This document shows, in pieces, positions 61,811 through 64,000 of a stretch of 64,000 bases of DNA. How positions within the stretch are numbered: the first letter of the stretch is position 1; every line of letters begins with the position of its first letter. A program made the translations under genes and the position numbers. This DNA is from Thermoplasmata archaeon (lineage in GTDB: Archaea > Thermoplasmatota > Thermoplasmata > GCA-020350865): the NCBI GenBank assembly GCA_020348445.1, contig CP070751.1, positions 4,353,723-4,417,722 of the forward strand. Direction: 5' to 3'. The notes under the pieces were generated by a model that saw only the letters and a program-made list of their open reading frames with translations, searched no databases and was not told the DNA's origin.

Positions 61811-64000
61811 TTCGGAACCTCCACATATCCCTTTTCGGTCTTCTCAATAACTGTGTGTTCCCTTTCTGCAACAAAGGGTGAGAACTTCTTGCCTCCACCA
61901 GAATAGAATTGACCAAAGAATTCCACATAGTGTAATCTTAATGCATGAATGAATCCGCCAAGGGCCTGAAGCACGGCATTTATTATATGGCCAAATATGA
62001 ATATTATCAGCAAGATCAAGGCAATGGATACAGCAATTGCCCCAATTGCTCCAAATATACCCATGAGAAGGAGCAGAATTGATATTCCTTTAATGGCGTT
62101 ATTTTGCTTTTGAAAGCCCACGGCAATAAGTACTATGCCCACAAGGAAAAGCGCGGCGCAAACAGGCGCCGTAATAGCAGAAAAAACATCCTTTATGAGG
62201 GTCGCGATGATATTTATGGTCATTGCGATTCCAGCTGTTGCAAGTCCAAGGGCAAGTATCCTGGCATAGGAGAGCCAGTTCCCTATAAAACCTGTGAGGT
62301 CAAAGAATCCCAAAGGACCTTTTCTCTTTCTCTTTCCCTCGGGGGATTCCTCGCCAAATTGGAGGAAAACAAGAATCAAACCGATGATACCGCAGATGTA
62401 AGCGGGGATTTTAATGAGCATTGGAAAAGTGAACCAGCCAAAGAATCCACCGAAAACCACAACACCAGCATACTGCAAAAGGAACCAGGAAACCTGGCTG
62501 TAAAGAATATCCCCATATGCCTTTCTTCTTGCATTTTGCCACACTGCCAATATCAATCCCATATTCAGGTGTATGAGCCCGATGATCAGCGCAAGGACCA
62601 GGAGGGGTATGGGATTGTTCATGGAATCCAGCACTATGATGTGATTGGCTCCAATGCCATTGTATGTGACACCCCCGATCTCACCAGAATACAGCGCTGG
62701 GGTCAGGGGATTGTCCGAAGTGAGGGGCCCCAGATATGAGCCTTGTATTATCCCGAAAATCACGCCCGAGAATCCTATCCAAGCCAGTATGACACCCATA
62801 TCGTACATGCTCTTGCTTACTTTTCCCTGGCCCCTGTAAAGCAGTAACCCTGTCAGAAGCACCAGGGCACCATAGACTGCATCACCCAGCATTAATCCAA
62901 AGAATATCACGAATATGGGACCTAGAATCAGTGTTGGATCAACTTCATGATGGTATGGAAGCGCGAACATCTCGGTGAGCATCTCAAAGGGCTTTGCCCA
63001 TCTGGGATTTCGTCTGTATATGGGTATTTCCTCTGAATTTTGCGGATCATTTGAGTAAAGAAAGGACAAACCATCTGTTTCTTTGTCCACTACCCTTTCC
63101 AGTTCTTCTAAGTGTCTTTCAGGGGTCCAACCAGTAACCACGCTGGTCTCCTTTGTCCTTCCAAATTTTGTTTGAGCCTCTCCCCTGGCCTTGAATATAC
63201 CGATTTCCTCTCTTATGATGATGAGATCTTTAAGATGTTTCTTTCTAAGTTCTATGAGTTCTTCCCAAAGGGCCTTTCTTTTTTCTGTGATTTCCTTTGT
63301 TCTCTTTTGGATTTCGTCAAGGGCTTCCTGGGGATTTCCTTTGTAATCCTGAAGTGAAAACGATGAAAATACACCTTTAAGGGAGCTCTCCAAGGCATCT
63401 TTTTCATCTATATGGGCAGCAACCACAGCACTGTAGAGCTTCTTTTCGATCTGGTGTGTAAATATCAATGAATCGCGGACCTTGCTCACCGAGCTACTGA
63501 GCCTTTGCTCGTCTGTTGTTGTTCCCGCCTTCACGATGAGGTATTTGCTTACTCCGAGATATTCCAGCCTTATATCAAGGGGAGCCAGCATGGAGATTTG
63601 CTTTTCATGCTCTGCCAAGGTGGCCCTTTCCTCTGAAATTTCCTCGAGCTTACGTTCGATCTCCGTGATATTTGTTTCAAGTGCAAATAAAAGCTCCTGC
63701 GCATTTTTAATTACCTCGTGAATGCTTTTGGGTTTGACGGTGTATTTGGGAGGAAGCCCTGGGGACAAGAATTCCTTTATGGTCTCTCCAAGACCAATTT
63801 CTCCCCCTTCCTCTGCCTTTTCGAGAACCTCTATCAACTTGTTGAGCTGTAATTCCAAATCTCCGCATTGTGATGCGATTTTATGGGCCTTGGATTGCGA
63901 AAGAAGTTTGGCAAAATCCCTTCCCGATTTACCCACATCCACAATTTCGATTAGGCCTGATTCATGAAGACCGTCAACGAGTCTTTCGACATAATCATCA
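61807..64000 (-). CDS. atpI: A/V-type ATP synthase subunit I (a) (5' partial; runs off the window end)
   Basis: FGLMLGDAVYG, GNWLSYARILALGLAT (essential Arg), IHALRLHYVEFF; the frame is open to the window edge (DDYVERLVDGLHESGLIEI). Confidence 0.95.
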   Translation of the reverse strand, partial: DDYVERLVDGLHESGLIEIVDVGKSGRDFAKLLSQSKAHKIASQCGDLELQLNKLIEVLEKAEEGGEIGLGETIKEFLSPGLPPKYTVKPKSIHEVIKNAQELLFALETNITEIERKLEEISEERATLAEHEKQISMLAPLDIRLEYLGVSKYLIVKAGTTTDEQRLSSSVSKVRDSLIFTHQIEKKLYSAVVAAHIDEKDALESSLKGVFSSFSLQDYKGNPQEALDEIQKRTKEITEKRKALWEELIELRKKHLKDLIIIREEIGIFKARGEAQTKFGRTKETSVVTGWTPERHLEELERVVDKETDGLSFLYSNDPQNSEEIPIYRRNPRWAKPFEMLTEMFALPYHHEVDPTLILGPIFVIFFGLMLGDAVYGALVLLTGLLLYRGQGKVSKSMYDMGVILAWIGFSGVIFGIIQGSYLGPLTSDNPLTPALYSGEIGGVTYNGIGANHIIVLDSMNNPIPLLVLALIIGLIHLNMGLILAVWQNARRKAYGDILYSQVSWFLLQYAGVVVFGGFFGWFTFPMLIKIPAYICGIIGLILVFLQFGEESPEGKRKRKGPLGFFDLTGFIGNWLSYARILALGLATAGIAMTINIIATLIKDVFSAITAPVCAALFLVGIVLIAVGFQKQNNAIKGISILLLLMGIFGAIGAIAVSIALILLIIFIFGHIINAVLQALGGFIHALRLHYVEFFGQFYSGGGKKFSPFVAEREHTVIEKTEKGYVEVPK

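Noticed and set aside
1-64000. tRNA or rRNA genes
   Set aside because: No cloverleaf or rRNA-like conserved stretches were recognised in any intergenic gap by eye; tRNAscan/Infernal would be needed to exclude small RNAs.

Overview
Archaeal chromosomal segment, most consistent with a Thermoplasmatota (Thermoplasmata-like) organism. This is inferred from the rpl7ae-rps28e-rpl24e-ndk cluster, an A1Ao ATP synthase operon, ABCE1, PEF-CTERM sorting signals and GGTGA/GGAGG ribosome-binding sites. Housekeeping genes (sucCD, ABCE1, ribosomal proteins, ndk, atpI-K-E-C-F-A-B) frame three accessory blocks. (1) A ~21 kb co-oriented locus (5387-26708) of three paralogous 1650-2100 aa membrane-spanning proteins. 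Each has variable cytoplasmic N-terminal arrays (C4 zinc ribbons, HhH, TPR, a degenerate KaiC-like ATPase, charged low-complexity tracts), a juxtamembrane (NGLT)n repeat, an internal TM helix, a shared ~900 aa extracellular module and a C-terminal PEF-CTERM. They are interleaved with two KaiC/RAD55-like ATPases and two wHTH regulators, and followed by a Cas4-like nuclease carrying an insert of four repeated TM hairpins. (2) Two giant PKD-repeat surface proteins plus an orphan C-terminal fragment, next to AlbA_2 and NYN genes. (3) An AT-rich island with an IS6-like transposase and a GxVGIGT-repeat fibre-like protein. The ATP synthase c (K) subunit is also exceptional: signal peptide + PKD domain + six hairpins, five with the ion-binding Glu. 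No rRNA, tRNA or CRISPR array was recognised. All family assignments come from motif recognition by eye; no database searches were run.
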